NCBI RefSeq assembly: GCF_009914755.1 | Contig: NC_060937.1 | Length of the DNA: 64,000 bases | Source of the DNA: the human T2T-CHM13v2.0 reference genome, Homo sapiens | Direction: 5' to 3' (one strand) | Part shown: positions 40,201 to 55,869 of the stretch, piece after piece | How the letters are laid out: every line of letters starts with the position of its first letter | Numbering within the stretch: position 1 is the stretch's first letter | Made by a program: the position numbers and the translations under genes | The notes under the pieces: generated by a model | What the model was told of the DNA's origin: nothing | Seen by the model: only the letters and a program-made list of their open reading frames with translations | The model's database searches: none

Positions 40201-42440
40201 CATTACTCCTGGACATCAAATTGCTGGGAGCCGAAGCTCATTCCCCTCTCAGCGTGCCCCGGCCTGACAGCTCCTTTACAATGTTTTTGAAATTCCATTA
40301 TCTCCAGTAACCTCTCTGACCTGCCCTTTGCATGGATGGCATCTTCCCTCGGGGGTGGGGGGTGGTGGCTACCTTCAACCTTTCCCTTTTACAGGCTGCT
40401 GAAAGCTATTCTTTTAGAAGTCAAAGGAGAGTTGGAAGCCAACAAGTCATGTATGGAGAACTTCTTTTAACTTTCCCCTAAATTATCTAAGTAGACAAAC
40501 CCAGCTGCCTCAGTAAATGATTCATTGAAAAGGCAGAAATTACAACCGAAGTATTTTCCTTGACCCGGGAAGTGATCGGAATTGGATCGTAAGTGAAAAT
40601 GCCAGATTTGCAGTGGCCTCAGGCACATGCCAACCTCCTGGCATTGCAGCAAATGCCAGGCCTCTCTTGCCAAAGTGAAGCTGGGGGTTTGCATGTCCCC
40701 GGTTCACCAATGTGGGCCACAGCCTTGGCTGATAAGATTGTCAGAAGCACCAGCCATTCCAAGGAGACGACTGAGAGCCTTGGGTGATGAGGGCGCCTTT
40801 CAATTAGCACTTTGCTCTGCCGAGCCAGCCGGCCAGTCTGCCAGCTGGCACAGAGCGGACCATCGGCAACCCCAGCCTGGGCAGCACAGCCAACTCTGTG
40901 AAAAAGAGACTGCAGTTAACACTGGCAAGTAACAAAAACAAATCAGAGAGGGGAACTGGGAGACAGGTGGTGTGGGGGGCCCTGGTGGGGCCAGCCATCC
41001 CTGAAACTCCTGCCTCCAAGGACAGGGGAATGTGGCAGGAGCATATGAGAAGTTCAGGAGTTCAGACCTGACCCTTCTATACGAGTTGGAAACTCACCAT
41101 CCTGTGTCTCCATCTTAGATATGGTTGCCTCAATCTTTCCTGTAAATCTATGTCTGAAATAATCATGTTGACTTTTTTGTAGTTTGGGATACAAGACAAA
41201 ATATATTTTAGACTAAAAAGTGTAGGTGAGTTGTTTTTTAAAAAAGAAAAAAACTCTAACAACTATTGACATGATTCTTAGCAATCTTCCTTTCATGTGT
41301 TGCCTGGGAGACACCACCGTGCACTTCGAAAGCTCCCTCTTTCTTTAGAAAACTGCCGCCTGTATGAATGGCACTTTTGCTGCTTTTTATTAACGCACAA
41401 TGGAGGAGGCAGGTCATCGTCACAATTCCATAGAGAGAAACACCAGCTTCTTGCAGGTGTGTGGGCAAGATTCACAGGTGTTTCTGGAAATCTAATCTGG
41501 GCACAGGGATTTGTCCTCATCGGCACATGAAAGGTGTCGACGCCTTCCTTGAAATCTGCCTGCAAGGAACAGTTCAGCCCTTGCTTGGCACCAGCCATGG
41601 TGAGGGCAGGGCCACAACATGAGATTCCTTTGCTGTCGAGAAATCACCTTGATAGCAACTGCTACTGTTCGTAACAGCATGGAAGCCGGCCCTGGCGTTG
41701 CGCACACAGAGCTGGTGAAAGCCTCCATTACCTCTCCCAGTGACTCCTGCAGACACACGGCACCCGGGGAGAGGGGAGGTGATGGGCTAATAATTGGGAG
41801 TGATAAGGAGCTGCTAGGGGGCAGGGCGAGGGCTTGTCCTGTGTCGACTCTGACAGCGATCAAAGCCAGGCCTTGGTTCCTCAGCTCTCCATTTCGCTAA
41901 CAGTCTGAAGAATACAAAGCGAAAAGCAAAAGATGCCAAGAGCAGTGTTGCTTTTGAAGGTGAAGGCGCACTCTCCAGCCTGTTTCTCTTGGTAAGTGAA
42001 GACAGGAGCAGCAGAGTCTATGAACAAACAGGGATTTCTCTTCTGTTTTGGAAACCCTGAGCACGCCAAAAATAAATTTCGGTTTGTTGGTTGGTTTGAC
42101 ATCTAGTTTTGTTTTGATCACTTGAAGGGAAGAGCGGGGAGATCATAGCTGGGCCTTGGGAGAAACAGGGAAATTCCAAGGAGAAGGTTCCAGGGGGAAG
42201 AGGAAGTTCAATTTTGAAAAGTGTCTTTTATACCAGGCCTCCGGAATTACTAGGTGCTTTATTCGGGTCTAAATAAAATCTTATTGACTACAATAGCAGC
42301 AATAAAAAGAAACAGAAAATCCCCATGCTGTGTTACCCCCGTTAACGCTACTTGTTTTTAGATGATTTAATCTCATAAGCATGAGAAAGCAAAAGCGCTG
42401 AAATGCAGGGGGCACCTATTTGGTTTATTCCTTACTCCGC

Positions 42441-42812
<372 letters not shown>

Positions 42813-43269
42813 TGAATATATTAAAGCGAAAAAGAAAAGAAATAATTAGTGCATTATCCTTACCAGCATCCTGTTTCCTAATTCTAGAGAAAATATTTTT
42901 ACTGAAAAATAAAACTTCTCTTCCAGTGATGCCAGTGCTGGCTGCAGTGTCTCCTCCATTTCGCCTTGTGCTCTGACCCCAAATGATTCACCTCTCCTGG
43001 GATTCACAGCCAAGCCAGCCCCGACAGGGTCTCCGATATTTAGTGAGGATCCTTTCCTGCTCTCTGTTCCTTCTTGACCTGTATCTCCTGTTTCCTAAGG
43101 CCTGTGCTCACCCTAACTGATGCCCCTGCTAGGGACAGTAAGGGAGAGTGTGGTTAGGTCCATTTGTGGAAACGCCCACACGAGTGTTTTAAGCAGATTA
43201 GGATCCCATTGGATTCCTCTTGCTCATTGAAGCCTGTGTATGTTGCATCTAAATAACACAAAATACAAC

Positions 43270-43490
43270 AGCTGAGACATATTGAGTACTCAGCATGTGC
43301 CAAGCACCTCGGAGCATGGTCTCATGTGTGCCTCACGACAGCTCTGTGAGCGGTGCTCTTACCACTGAAGAGAAAACTGAGGCTCATGGAAGTAAAGGAA
43401 CTTAGCTCTGGTCACAGAGGGGGCAGAGGGAAGAGCTAGGATGACAGCAGTCGGCCTGACTCCAAAGCCCCTTCTCTGAGCCAAAACAGT
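43270..43490 (-). mobile_element. MIR SINE
   Basis: ATTGAGTACTCAGCATGTGCCAAGCAC...GAAAACTGAGGCTC...CTGACTCCAAAGCCC. Confidence 0.7.
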
Positions 43491-43520
43491 GCATCCAAGC
43501 CATTTTTAATATCACAGCTC

Positions 43521-43823
<303 letters not shown>

Positions 43824-44059
43824 AGTATCACAGCTCTTAATTTGAAAAATGGAATGTTTGACTCCCGTAAGTCCATCAGCAACATCAATGAATGCTGCTT
43901 TCTAGTGGAACTCCCCCTGTAATCATCACACTATTCCACAAGACACAGGGAACTACGTTGTTCTTTCTATAAAGGTATAACATGAAATGCCCCTTGGTCA
44001 CCAACAGAAAATGCGAGTGTCCCCACAACACCTTGCAGTTTTGGCAAATGCCTTAAAAT

Positions 44060-44342
44060 GTCATTGCCGTTAGTACAATGTACTTCTGAATTATACTAGA
44101 TCTTGTTACTTAAAGAGTTAATCAAGAGGCACACGTAGTACTAGATCACAATTACTTCAATATTTTGATAACTGTATTTCAAGATATTTGGTTTCCTTTG
44201 ATAGCTGTTTCAATATAACTGGTTTCCTTGGTGCCCGATGTATTTATGTTATGGGTTTAAAAATATTATTCTTAGAAGGGGCCCACGGGCTTCATCAGAC
44301 TGCTAAAGAGCTTCTTGGCACAAAGGTTGATTAAGAACTTCT
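44060..44342. mobile_element. hAT-Charlie DNA transposon fragment
   Basis: TATTATTCTTAGAAGGGGCCCACGGGCTTCATCAGACTGCTAAAG...GGCACAAAGGTTGATTAAGAAC resembles Charlie-family ends. Confidence 0.55.
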
Positions 44343-44439
44343 TCTACACTGCCTCTGTTGCATGCAAAAATCATGCCTCCTCAACCATGAAGTGATTTTC
44401 TTTAAAATGGACATGTCACTTCTCCTTCACGGGGGAGAG

Positions 44440-44910
44440 TTGGTTTCACAGATGAGGCATACCCTTAATGCTGGGAGGGTGTGGCCGGCAGGATCTGCAG
44501 GGCCCAGCCGACTTTCTAATCGGTCTGGTTTCACCTAAGAGGGCAGCCCCACCCGGTCTCTGAGTCAGCTGTGCACAAAGCAGTCGGAACTGACAAGGTA
44601 AAGAACGCCTGACTCCTCTTTACAAACCCCAGGCTCCATTTAAACTGCAGATTCCGCGGGCATTTCTTCTTATCTAACTCCGCCCTGTGGGTTCCCAGGC
44701 GCTGACTCCCTCATCCTGCAGTTTCAATCCCTGCCTTGACTCATCCTCCTGGGCCTGCCTCTCCCCTCCAGAGTGCCTGTTCCTGCCTGCTCGGTGACTG
44801 AGCTGATCTCTCTAGGAATGACCTGTGTGCTGATCAAGCCGACACGTCTCTTTGCTTCCCGACGTCCTGATATGGCAGCAAAGGGTGGTAGAATGAAGTC
44901 ATTCCTGCAA
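44440..44910. promoter_or_regulatory. Candidate enhancer (AP-1/ARE, TEAD, KLF, RUNX-like motifs)
   Basis: TGAGTCAGC 44561-44569, TGACTCA 44737-44743, GGAATG 44815-44820, CATTCC ~44900, GGGTGTGGC ~44478, in GC-richer non-repeat DNA. Confidence 0.5.
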
Positions 44911-45872
44911 AAGAAGCTGTGAGAGGAAATACAGATGCAGTGGCTGAATATGAAAGTGCTTATGTTCCCAAAGGAAGAAAATGCTAAATCTCAATTAGAG
45001 GTTGGAAGAAATAATGACGCAGTCTTTTTACTTTTGTTCTTGCTTTTGTGTGTAGTTTTGCTTCTTTTTTTTTTTTTAATCTGTCTGGGTTTGCAAATCT
45101 CTGAATAATATCCACAAAGCCATCAGGGGTTCCAGGTTCCAAACCCTGCCATGTGTGATGGTAAAGGTGGCTCACATTTCCCAGGTCCTCCTAAGCTGTG
45201 GGTAGAACAGGCTCCTGTTTACACTCATGACTGGAATTTCCCTAGCCCGTCTACCTCCCTTTTAAGCACCTTTAAATTCCCCTTAATCAGTGTAAAAGTT
45301 CTCTAGGAAGGTCTTACGTGTGTTCAACAAATTCCTCTTGACTACAAGGAGGTGGTCACCATTTTCCTCCTCTGCTGCTCCAGCTAACTGGGTGTTATCC
45401 AGCTTCCGGTCCGTAAGGAGTGACCCAGTGTCCTCTGAAGTCCCCACCCTAGTGACATGCCTACCAAGGGCCATGGCACTGTGGCTGTGGCCTGAAGTCA
45501 GCCCCCAGCATGGAAAGCTGGGCTGAGCCGTGCTTTTTGAAGGGAGCTGGTGGGACACAGGCCCGGCTTGTGGCAGCACGCTGAAATGTTTTCTGAATTG
45601 AAGTCGTGTGCTCTCACCGCACAGCAGAGATGGCAGTGAGACTGCTCTTCAATGTGTACATTTCCTCCATTTCAGTACCTTGCTCAGGCCTCTGACGGCA
45701 GCATGTGAGGGCTGAGGGCCAGGCCAGAGCTGAGGGCGGAGTGGCCAGCAGTGTGTGTGCCCTCGTGCATCAGGTGTCCCTGCTGACCCTGGCATTTGGC
45801 ATTGAGTCAGGCTGATAAGCCTTGTCTCTGTCTGGTTTTCCGACAATCCTTTCCCAGGAAACCTCTTGGGCA

Positions 45873-45903
45873 AGTTTGCATTCACAGCCTCAGGCACTGG
45901 GAC
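45873..45903 (+). repeat. 31-bp exact doublet, copy 1 (copy 2 at 49022-49052)
   Basis: AGTTTGCATTCACAGCCTCAGGCACTGGGAC occurs twice, offset 3149 bp. Confidence 0.92.
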
Positions 45904-46258
45904 ACAGGTTTGGGGTGGGCTAACCCACCTGGTCCTCCAGCAGCCCTAGGCAGTCGTGAATCCTGCGGGGCTGCAGTTGAAGCGCAGGCCCAGACCCCGT
46001 CTCCCCATCAGGGCTGAGAGAAGCTGCGCCGTCCTGGAGTGAGTTTCCCACGCCCGCTGCTAGAAGTCCAGTTCAACAGAACAGAGCCGGCCAGAGCCTT
46101 TGGGAAGGTCTTCACGGCAGAAATGGAAATTGTAGTTTCTATAAATGTTTGCCAATATTCTTTTTATTGGCATATTGTACCCATAATAAATTATTTGGAA
46201 CTGTTGTCAGTTGTAACTCAGTAATTATTATTAAGACAAACCCTATGGGGGCTGCTAA

Positions 46259-46691
<433 letters not shown>

Positions 46692-47223
46692 TAAAAAAAA
46701 AAAAACTATCTTTACCATTCACTGAATCTGCTGTATGTAAATGCATCAACAATAACAAATGCAACAAAAGCAAACAATCTTATTTCAGACAGTGCTGTTT
46801 TAAGCACTTTACTTATATGCAACCATATAACCATCATGACAGCACGAGGAGATTGATACTGCTAGTTTCTCCATTCTGCAGATGAGGAAACTGAGGCACA
46901 GACTTAGAAACTTGAACTCATTCTGAGGCAAGATTTTAAGAACTATAACCCTGCGGATGCAAGAATGTCTTCTCGCTTGTGAACTGCGTCAATGGCTTTA
47001 ACACCCATAGTACACTGAACTCCTTTTGAGGATCTTAAAATTCCACTGCCAGTGTTATTCATTCACACTATGGATTTTGACCTATTGGAAATTGAGGAAA
47101 GTAGTGAAATAAATGTAATGAGGCAGGTTGTTTTTAAAACTGGAAGGGAACAAAAATATATACAAAACATCAGATTACATCATGTATGATAATAGTAAAT
47201 TTTTCATGAAGTTTTGCTTTAGT

Positions 47224-47281
47224 TGTGTGGTGTGTGTGTGTGGTGTGGTGTGTGTGTGGTGTGTGTGTGTGTGTGTGTGTG
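47224..47281. repeat. Compound (TG)/(TGG) microsatellite
   Basis: Seen directly. Confidence 0.88.
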
Positions 47282-48011
47282 CACGTGGGTGCATGCTAGG
47301 TAACCGTGTAACCTAGCTGGGTTGCAGTCTAAAGGATTTGACAAACACTGTCCCCAGCCAGGCAGGGTTGTGAGAGTTTGGGCACTTGCTGAGTTAACTG
47401 ACCCTCCCGGCGAACGTGTAACTGGTTCCTTATCCTTATCTGAGCTGAGGTATCATACCACTTGGCCTCTGCAGCACAATGCCAGCTGTGAGCTTCTTTC
47501 ACAGTGAGAGGGAAAAAAAAGCATATTATCTTCATGGCATGAGTTAAGCACAGACCCCAGAAATGGAGCCCCCTCCCTCCTCGGCATGACTCACCTGTGA
47601 CGCTAATCACAGAGGAGCTACAGCAAGCCTTCCTTGTCCTCCCTCCCTCCCTCCGATCGCCCCTCCTGAGGGGACCTGCACTGGTGTTTCTTCTAGGGTA
47701 GAGACTTTCACCAACCTGGCAACTTGTTAGAAGCTGGTGGATGTTATCCCAGGAGTGCCAGCCCAGTGGAGGCCCCACGTCACCCTCCCTGGGTTCTAAT
47801 TATGGGGATCCTTGCCTACCTCCTCTGAGACGTGAAAACCACTTCGTGATTGACTAAGCCATCTTCATTCTTGTATTTTTCATGCTCCTGGCTTAGGAGC
47901 CGGCATAGTCACAGCTCATTGCATATTTGTTGAATTTGTGAGGTTTTGATTTTGATGTGTGCAAACATTTCGAGACATAATTTGAACGAATCATTAAAAA
48001 AGTAAAATTAT

Positions 48012-48133
48012 TAGCTGAGCATGGTGGCATGTTCCTGTAATCCCAGCTACTCAGGAGGCTGAGGCAGGAGTATCCCTGAGCCCAGGAGTTTGAGGCCAGC
48101 CTGGGCAACATAGTGAGACCCCCATGTCTAAAA
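48012..48133 (+). mobile_element. FLAM_A-like Alu monomer
   Basis: GCTGAGCATGGTGGCATGTTCCTGTAATCCCAGCTACTCAGGAGG...GAGTTTGAGGCCAGCCTGGGCAACATAGTGAGACC. Confidence 0.82.
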
Positions 48134-49021
48134 CCAATGCATAAATAAATAAAAGTATTTAACAATTTCTTCAGAAAAACGTACAAAATGTAAGTACCTG
48201 GCACATAACATGTTTTGAGATGCGGTGCATGCATAGATCTATGCTAGGAAATATAAAGCGATCCTCAAGAAGACAGAACTCCTGGCCTGTTAAGCTGTGT
48301 TGTTTCAGCCTAATGTTGTCATCTGACCCTTGTACTCAGAAACTTCTCAGGCTGTCTGGACCCAGCAGCAGCACGGCCTGTCTCCAATCTTAAACCTTTG
48401 TGCGAATAGCTTCATGACTATGAGTCTTTGTTACCTGTTTATCATAAAATTTGGAAATCTGAATCACTGGCAGAAAATGTTCAAGGAAATTGCTGGCTGT
48501 TGTTTGGTTGAGAGATATGAAAGAGTTAGAGAGTTATACTCTTGGCCATGGTTCCACTTACTGTTTACCTTTCTCTCTAAGAATGCAATGCTGCCACAGG
48601 ACAAACTTAAGAATGGAGTGACGTTTTTTTTGTTGCCATTTCACATAACCTCTCAAACTTTCTACATGTCCTTATTATTGCCTTCATCGTAACAGCTGCT
48701 TACGTTTAATTAGCCAACACATTACCGTGCTCTGAGAATGGGCTGTGCACTGTGAAAATCTTTCAGATTTACGGTCTCATCTGAATCCTAGGAGCCCTTG
48801 TGATGTATGTACTCCTCTCTCCATTTTACAGCGAGAACACTTAGGACTGCAAAGTTTATGAGATATGCTCAAGGTCACAAACCATTAAATTACGGGTCTG
48901 AAACGCAAATCAAGATGTTTAATTCCAAACCTTTCTTCTTATCCTCTGCTACCCTAGTTGACTGCCCAAGTCCTGGGGAGGCACCCGTCAGCCCAGGACA
49001 CAGAAATAGCCTCGCCATTCT

Positions 49022-49052
49022 AGTTTGCATTCACAGCCTCAGGCACTGGGAC
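49022..49052 (+). repeat. 31-bp exact doublet, copy 2
   Basis: Identical to 45873-45903. Confidence 0.92.
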
Positions 49053-49088
49053 TTCTGTGTTTTTGTACCACAATACAGCTAATGTTTT

Positions 49089-49409
<321 letters not shown>

Positions 49410-49833
49410 TAATGTTTTAATCTGCCCAGATAACATAATCTCTTGATCCAGTGTTAAAGGAAAATGTTCCAAAAATGGATAGAATCTTGACTCTTGTACA
49501 GATACAACAATGAATACACAGTAAAGATTTTACTTAACTCATTAATGAGAAAATGGTAAGATGCAACAACCAGTTTCAAGAAGAATACAAAGGACAGACG
49601 CAATTTTGCATCAGGAATATAGAAACAAACGTGCAGATGAAGGAAACCAGCTTCTTCCCCGGCTGGGGTGGCAAGTCCATTGAATGTGTGCATCTACCAG
49701 GCAGAATTTATTTTTCATGTCTTCAGACAACATTTTGCATTGCTGTTGGTCATCTATAAATTATAGAGTCATAGAAGAGTTCAAAGGAATGGAAAGCTGG
49801 GAACCAGATAACCCAGAATGGTGTGCTCTCCAC

Positions 49834-50029
49834 CAGGTGTCTGCAAATCTGGCCCCCACCTGTTTCTGTGAGTAAATTTTTATTGGAACACACCCATTTG
49901 TTTACTTATGGTCTACGGCTGCCTCCCGTCGCCACAACAGAACCAAGGAGTCACAGCCGAGGACCACATGGCACACACGCCTAATATCTTTACTATCTGG
50001 CCTTTTCAGGTGAAGTTTGCCAACTCCTG
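49834..50029 (+). mobile_element. MER58A-like hAT-Charlie element
   Basis: CAGGTGTCTGCAAA...TTTTATTGGAACACACCCATTTGTTTAC...TTTACTATCTGGCCTTTTCAG...GTTTGCCAACTCCTG. Confidence 0.78.
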
Positions 50030-50174
50030 CTTTATATAATGAATGGCTTTCCACTGAAGCACACAGTTTTCCTTATACCACCTGAAACACATGGCTTTGT
50101 ATGTTATGCAAAGCAGGTGGCAAGGATTCTAAGAATTTCTTTAAGAGCAATAATTGATTAAGGGAGATATTTAG

Positions 50175-50580
50175 TGTGTTTTGTTTTGCTGGGGCTGACA
50201 TAATGAAGTGTCATCAACTGCATGGTTGAAACAACGGAAAAGTATTTTCTCACAGTACATGAGGCTAGAAGTCCAAGATCAAGGTGTCAGCAGGGTTCAT
50301 CCGAAGACTGTGAGGGAAGAAGCTATTCCAGGCCTCTCTCCTTGGCCTGGAGACAGCCGTCCTCTCCCTGTGTCTTCACACCGTCTTTCCTCTATATGTG
50401 CCTATGTCCTGATCTCCTGTTCTCATAAGAACATGTCATATTGGATTAGGATCTACTCCAGTGATTTCATTTTCACTTGATTAGCTCAGTGAAGTCCCTC
50501 TCTCCAAATAGTCATTTGAGGTACTGGGGATCAGGACTTGAACACAGGAATGTTGGGTGGCACAGCGCAGCCCCTCACAT
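50175..50580 (-). mobile_element. MaLR solo LTR (MLT1B-like)
   Basis: GAGGCTAGAAGTCCAAGATCAAGGTGTCAGCAGGG...CATATTGGATTAGG...GAGGTACTGGGGATCAGGACTT. Confidence 0.8.
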
Positions 50581-51067
50581 TTGGTGAGAGGGTAATCTGC
50601 GTGCCCACTAAATACACTGTGAAGACGGCCAGATTCTCTTCCACCCTGTGAGAATGATGCTATAGTGGCTCTGCCAGAAGTGGACTCAGCAACACCCCAT
50701 TAATTCTGGAACTCGCGGGTGCCTCTGCTCCTGCCCTCCTCCTCATTTAGAAAAGTCCTGCTCTCCAGCAGCAGCTGGCACATGTAGAATCCTGACACAG
50801 GGACGGGAACTTTCGCAGAGATGCATTCTGTGTATGCTTTTAATATAGTTACCATATATTTTGTCTTATTGTATAAGCCAGGTATAAACCAGGAAAAACT
50901 TGATCTCCTTTTAGGTCTGAATCAGCAGTATTTTAGTATGAAGTATATATTGATGCTGACTTAAATAATGAAGGCAGGAAAGTCAGGTGCAAAGAATGTT
51001 CTGTCCTTACTCTGGGAAAAAAATGCATATGGATTTCCTCTTCCCTTGGAGATATCTAAAGATGCTG

Positions 51068-51690
51068 TACAATGTGTACTCCTCTTGGAATACCTTTCAA
51101 GACCCCCCGTGGATGCCTGAAACCACAGATAGTACTAAACCCTGTATATACTATGTTTTTTTCTATATGTTCACAACTAAGACAAAGTTTAATGTATAAA
51201 TTAGGTACAGTAAGAGATCAACAAAATAATAAAACAGAACAATTATAATGATATACTGTCATAAAAGTTTCGTGAATGTGGTCTCTCTCTCTCTCAAAAT
51301 ATCTTATTGTATGTTACTCACCCTTCTCCTTGTGATGATGTGAGATGATACGATGCCCGTGTGATGAGATGAAATGAGATGAATGATGCAGGCATTGTGA
51401 CATGAATAAACAATTCCAGAAATAAACATGCATATGTTCTAAATGGCGTCGGTCTTAGCAGCATGATGGAGCCTGGTGCTGTCTGCATTCAGCCTGGATT
51501 GCCATTAGCCGCTTAGTAGCTTTGCCTTGGTTCTCTGATCAAGCATTGAGGTATCACAGCGCTGTGTTCAAGTAACCTTTATTTTAGGTCATAATGGCCC
51601 CAGAGCACAAGAGTAGTGACATAATAGTTTCAGAACTTGGTTGACTAAGGGTAACTGAAACTGAGGAAAACAATAAGGAGGGACCACTGT
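51068..51690 (-). mobile_element. MER44 (Tigger7-derived) TcMar element
   Basis: CAAGACCCCCCGTGGATGCCTGAAACCACAGATAGTAC...GGGTAACTGAAAC...AAGGAGGGACCACTG-TA. Confidence 0.78.
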
Positions 51691-51798
51691 ATACATAATG
51701 TAATGTTGACACTAATGTTTGCATGCCTATTAAAAGAGGTGTATTTAAAAAAAAAAGTCAGCAACGTAGGATTATTTGCGGTCAAGAATAAAATCTAG

Positions 51799-52110
51799 GG
51801 CTGGGCACGGTGGCTCACGCCTGTAATCCCAGCACTTTCGGAGGCCGAGGTAGGTGGATCACCCCAGGTCAGGAGTTCAAGACCAGCCTAACCAATATGA
51901 TGAAACCACGTCTCCACTAAAAATACAAAAATTAGCCCGGCGTGATGGTGCACAACTGTAGTCTCAGCTACTAGGGAGGCTGAGGCAGGAGAATCACTTG
52001 AACCCAGGAGGCAGAGGTTGCAGTGAGCTGAGATCTAGCCATTGCACTTCAGCCTGGGTGACACAGCGAGACTCCATCTCAAACAAAACAAAACAAAAAC
52101 AAAAACAAAC
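51799..52110 (+). mobile_element. Alu (AluS-like)
   Basis: Full dimer, (CAAAA)n tail; TSD AATAAAATCTA 51787-51797 / AATAAAACCTA 52111-52121. Confidence 0.95.
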
Positions 52111-55100
52111 AATAAAACCTATCACAAAGCCAAGTCTTGAGATCAGCTATATCTCAAGATAGTATGAAATAGAGAGACACTATTCACAGATCGTTACTGA
52201 GTGCCTATTACCTTCTAGCCCCTTTTGTGCGTGTTATTCCCACTAATCTCATGGCAGCTTTCAAGGTGGGTGTTCGTAGACCTCTTTTCACTGATGAAAA
52301 AACTGAGGTTCCGGGAGGTGAAGTAGCTTTCTCAAGAGCTCGTAGCTAACACGCAGCAGCATGGGGTTCCCACAGAGCCCATCTGCAGTGGAAACGCACC
52401 CGCAGCTGTCTTTTGGGAATGTGCGAGGATGACGCTGCATTTTTGAAAGAACCTCCTTCTATATCAGATACGCCATGATTTGGGCTGAACAGGAAGGCCT
52501 CCGCTGGCCGATTTTGCACGGTGCAGGATGAAGGAGGAGGTGCAGATGAGCATCATTGCCCGCCACTGGATTCCTAGCACAGGGGGAGAGATCTCTGGCG
52601 GGCCGAGCCTGCTCCTCCTTGCAATGTGATCTTTTTCTAATGTGTTTTGATAATGCTCTGTGGGGCCTCCTGTAGCTCAGATCCACGGAGCGCAAGCCCT
52701 ATGAGCTATTTCCTTGCATGTGGAAATTGGCAAAAAGAAAGGGAAAGAGCCCGAAAGAAAACAAACGGACTCCATTTTCTCTCTTCTTGGTTATGACCGC
52801 TAGCTATTGATTGCCTGTGTTTGCTGAAGTAATTAGAAACCTCGCCCAGTGTCTCAATTCCTATAAGAAAAAAATGAGAATGTTCATGATGTGAAAAAAG
52901 AGGAAGGAAGAAAAGAAAAACAAATTATGCTTATCCTTACTGTTCTAGGGAACCACAGCCAAAGCCGGGCCTGCATCTGGACAGCAAAGGCATAGTTTGA
53001 ACGTTGCAGAGAAGCTCTCATTGCCAAGAAAATATTTCTATATTGACTTGCTATGAGCTGATGTTTTACTGGGAAAAACAAGAAAAACAGGGACATTATC
53101 TTCAGAAGACCTGAGTTAAATAAACCATATGTTTCCTGAGCAAGGCCTTCTAACCTTTAGAAACTGTTCATCAGATTAGATAGTTGAAATCTGGGGGTGG
53201 AGGAGCTGGGATACTAAGCAGGGAGACCAGTGGATGTGGTTTATGCCAACACAAACTCTGTAGCTGGGTGATGAGATGAGGGAGGAGGAGCCAGGAGGTA
53301 CCCAAGAATCTCAGAAGGCCCCAGGACCCACGGCCTGGACAGTTTGGGAGGAAGAATGAAGCAGAGGTGCGTTCAACTCATTCCAAAACAGCCCCGCTAT
53401 TTCTCCAAGGGCTGATCCTTTTGCCAGTCTTTCTGTTGAAAGTCTCTGATTGTTGGCTTCATCTCTATTTTTGAACCATCTGTATTATATGCAGACAAGC
53501 AAGGCCCAGACAGGCACTGAAGAGGCGTAGAGGGAGTAGGTGTTGTTTCGTAAAAGGACTCATTGGAGGATCAGTGGAGCCTTACCCTAGACAGAGTGGG
53601 CAACCTCCTATGTAGTATGATCTATGGGGTTTGAGATTTAAGCTCAGGTTCTAGAACTAAGTTATTGTCCAAGAAAAAAAAAGTATGTATGTATAAACAT
53701 ACAAATCTCCTTATCCTCATCCTCCCTTCATATCTGATCACTAAAATTATGTTAGACAGTTTAAGTCCTTTAATTGAAGAGATTGAACCTTGTTTATTAA
53801 AAAGGAAAGAAAAGAAAAGAATAAAAAGAAAAACCCCATGAGAGGGAAACCTTCGAGCTGTTATCAACCATTCATACACCAGCAATCTTCTGTTTGCAGG
53901 GGAAAAAAGATTCTTGGGTCACACCAGCTCTATAGAATCTGAATCTCTGGCTTCGGGTACAGGGAGTTCTACTTTAAAACAGGGCATGAAAGTTTACAGA
54001 ACTTCTTTAGTAGGCTGTCATAACTCTCAAAACAATCACTTATTTCCCTAAAATTGTAATTTTTAAAATAAACAATATTTATTATTCTGAAAAGATTATG
54101 TTTCTCTTAGAAAACTAAGATTACTACAGTGGGCCGTGATTGCTATTTTCACAGCAGCTCTATCTTAGGTGCTTTTTATGTTTCCTGCAAAGCTTCTGGC
54201 ACAATTTTAAATAAATGGGAAGACACTTGGGGAGATAGTAAATATTTGGCAAAATAAATAAAGCACATGCCTTTCAATTTTTCTGTATAACTCTTAACAT
54301 ATCCTCTTACTGGTTCAAAAAGGAGAACGAAGTAACAAAGTATATCACATTCATGAGAGAATTACTGCCTAAATCTCATTAGATGAAATTTCTATTAGAT
54401 CCGGAATACTCGGTTTTGTTTGTGCTAGCAAGATAACTGACTGCAATTACATGGCTTACACTTAGGCGTCTTCTCTATTAAAAGCAAAAATACAAATCTC
54501 TCTGCATCATGTTCCCAGGTCCACAGCTCAAGATCACATGCTCTGGTCACACTAGCAGATATCAAGTCCTATTTTAGTAGCAAATACACTAATGAAAGAG
54601 CTCTTATGCATCCACAGCTATGAAACAAAAGAGGTCTAAACTGTAACAAGGGGGGGCTTCAGATTATTTGACATATATTTATGTATTACATTTATTTCTA
54701 ATTTCCACAGCTGGCATCAAAGTGATATGTAATGTTTCAACAGTTGTTACTTAAAACAGAGATAGTACTTTAAATACAGTAACACACAAACAAATTAAAG
54801 GCTCCTTTTAGTATTAATCTGTTTCATCCTATTTGCCTCTTGTAGGTTGTAAAGCATATCACAGAGTAAAAATGTAAACAAACCAGAGAAGAGAAGAAAT
54901 GGAGTGGAACACAAATTATGTGTTCAAACCAGAAGTGAAAGAGGAAGGAAATTGGAAGACAATCTGGCAGTATCTATCAAAATTTCAAAAGGCTATTTCC
55001 TTTCATACAGCAATCTCACCACCAGGAATTTAGGTGAAGGATATATTTGGAAAAGTACCTTGAGATGTCAAGTGTGTGTAAGAACAGGTAGGCTTATGCT

Positions 55101-55869
55101 GTGGCAACAAACAATTCCCCAAATATTCCGGCTTAGCATGTTCATTTTATTTATTATGCAAAGAGCATAGTACCGCAGGTCAGTGGGAGGCTCTACTCCA
55201 CAAAGTCACTCAGGGATCCAGGCTGACCAAGCTTCTATCATCTTTGAGCTGTGCCTTCTAGAACTTGTGATATCTATAGTCACTACAGCAGGAAAGGAGG
55301 AGCACATGAAGATCCAGCACCTGTTCTTTTATGTCACCACATCATTCCAGCTACGGCCCATTGCCCTCAACCTATGTGCAAGTGAGGCTGAGAGAAATAG
55401 TGGAGTACCTCGATTATCTGATGAGCCCTCCTGTCTCTCCACAAACCAAAATATGTTCATGAAGCAGTATGCAGAACAGCTTAAAAACCATATTTTGCCT
55501 GTAGATGATGGACAAAATAAACAAGCATATTATGTGGCAGTTTTTTTTTTAAGTAGATCTGAGCATGCTGATGAGGAATGGTCTCCAAGACATATTACTT
55601 ACCAAAAATACATGGCATAAAACAGTATTTCTGATGTGATCTCTATAGAGATCATTTAGAAACACTATTTATATGCAAGTGTGTGCATATATCATTTTTC
55701 TGAACAGATAGACAAGACTGATTATGCCAGTGCTTACTTTGAGAAATGGAGGAGGGGATGGAAAAGGAATCATAATTTTTAATCAGATAAAGTTATAGTG
55801 TTATTTTTACCCACATTTTAAAAAAAACCTAAAAAGATAAATTTAATAGATTAGATAGTAGATTATATT

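Noticed and set aside
42395-42420. CTCF-like motif GCAGGGGGCACC (and similar at ~26936, ~45625, ~50771)
   Set aside because: Each misses key consensus positions; not supportable without a PWM scan or ChIP data
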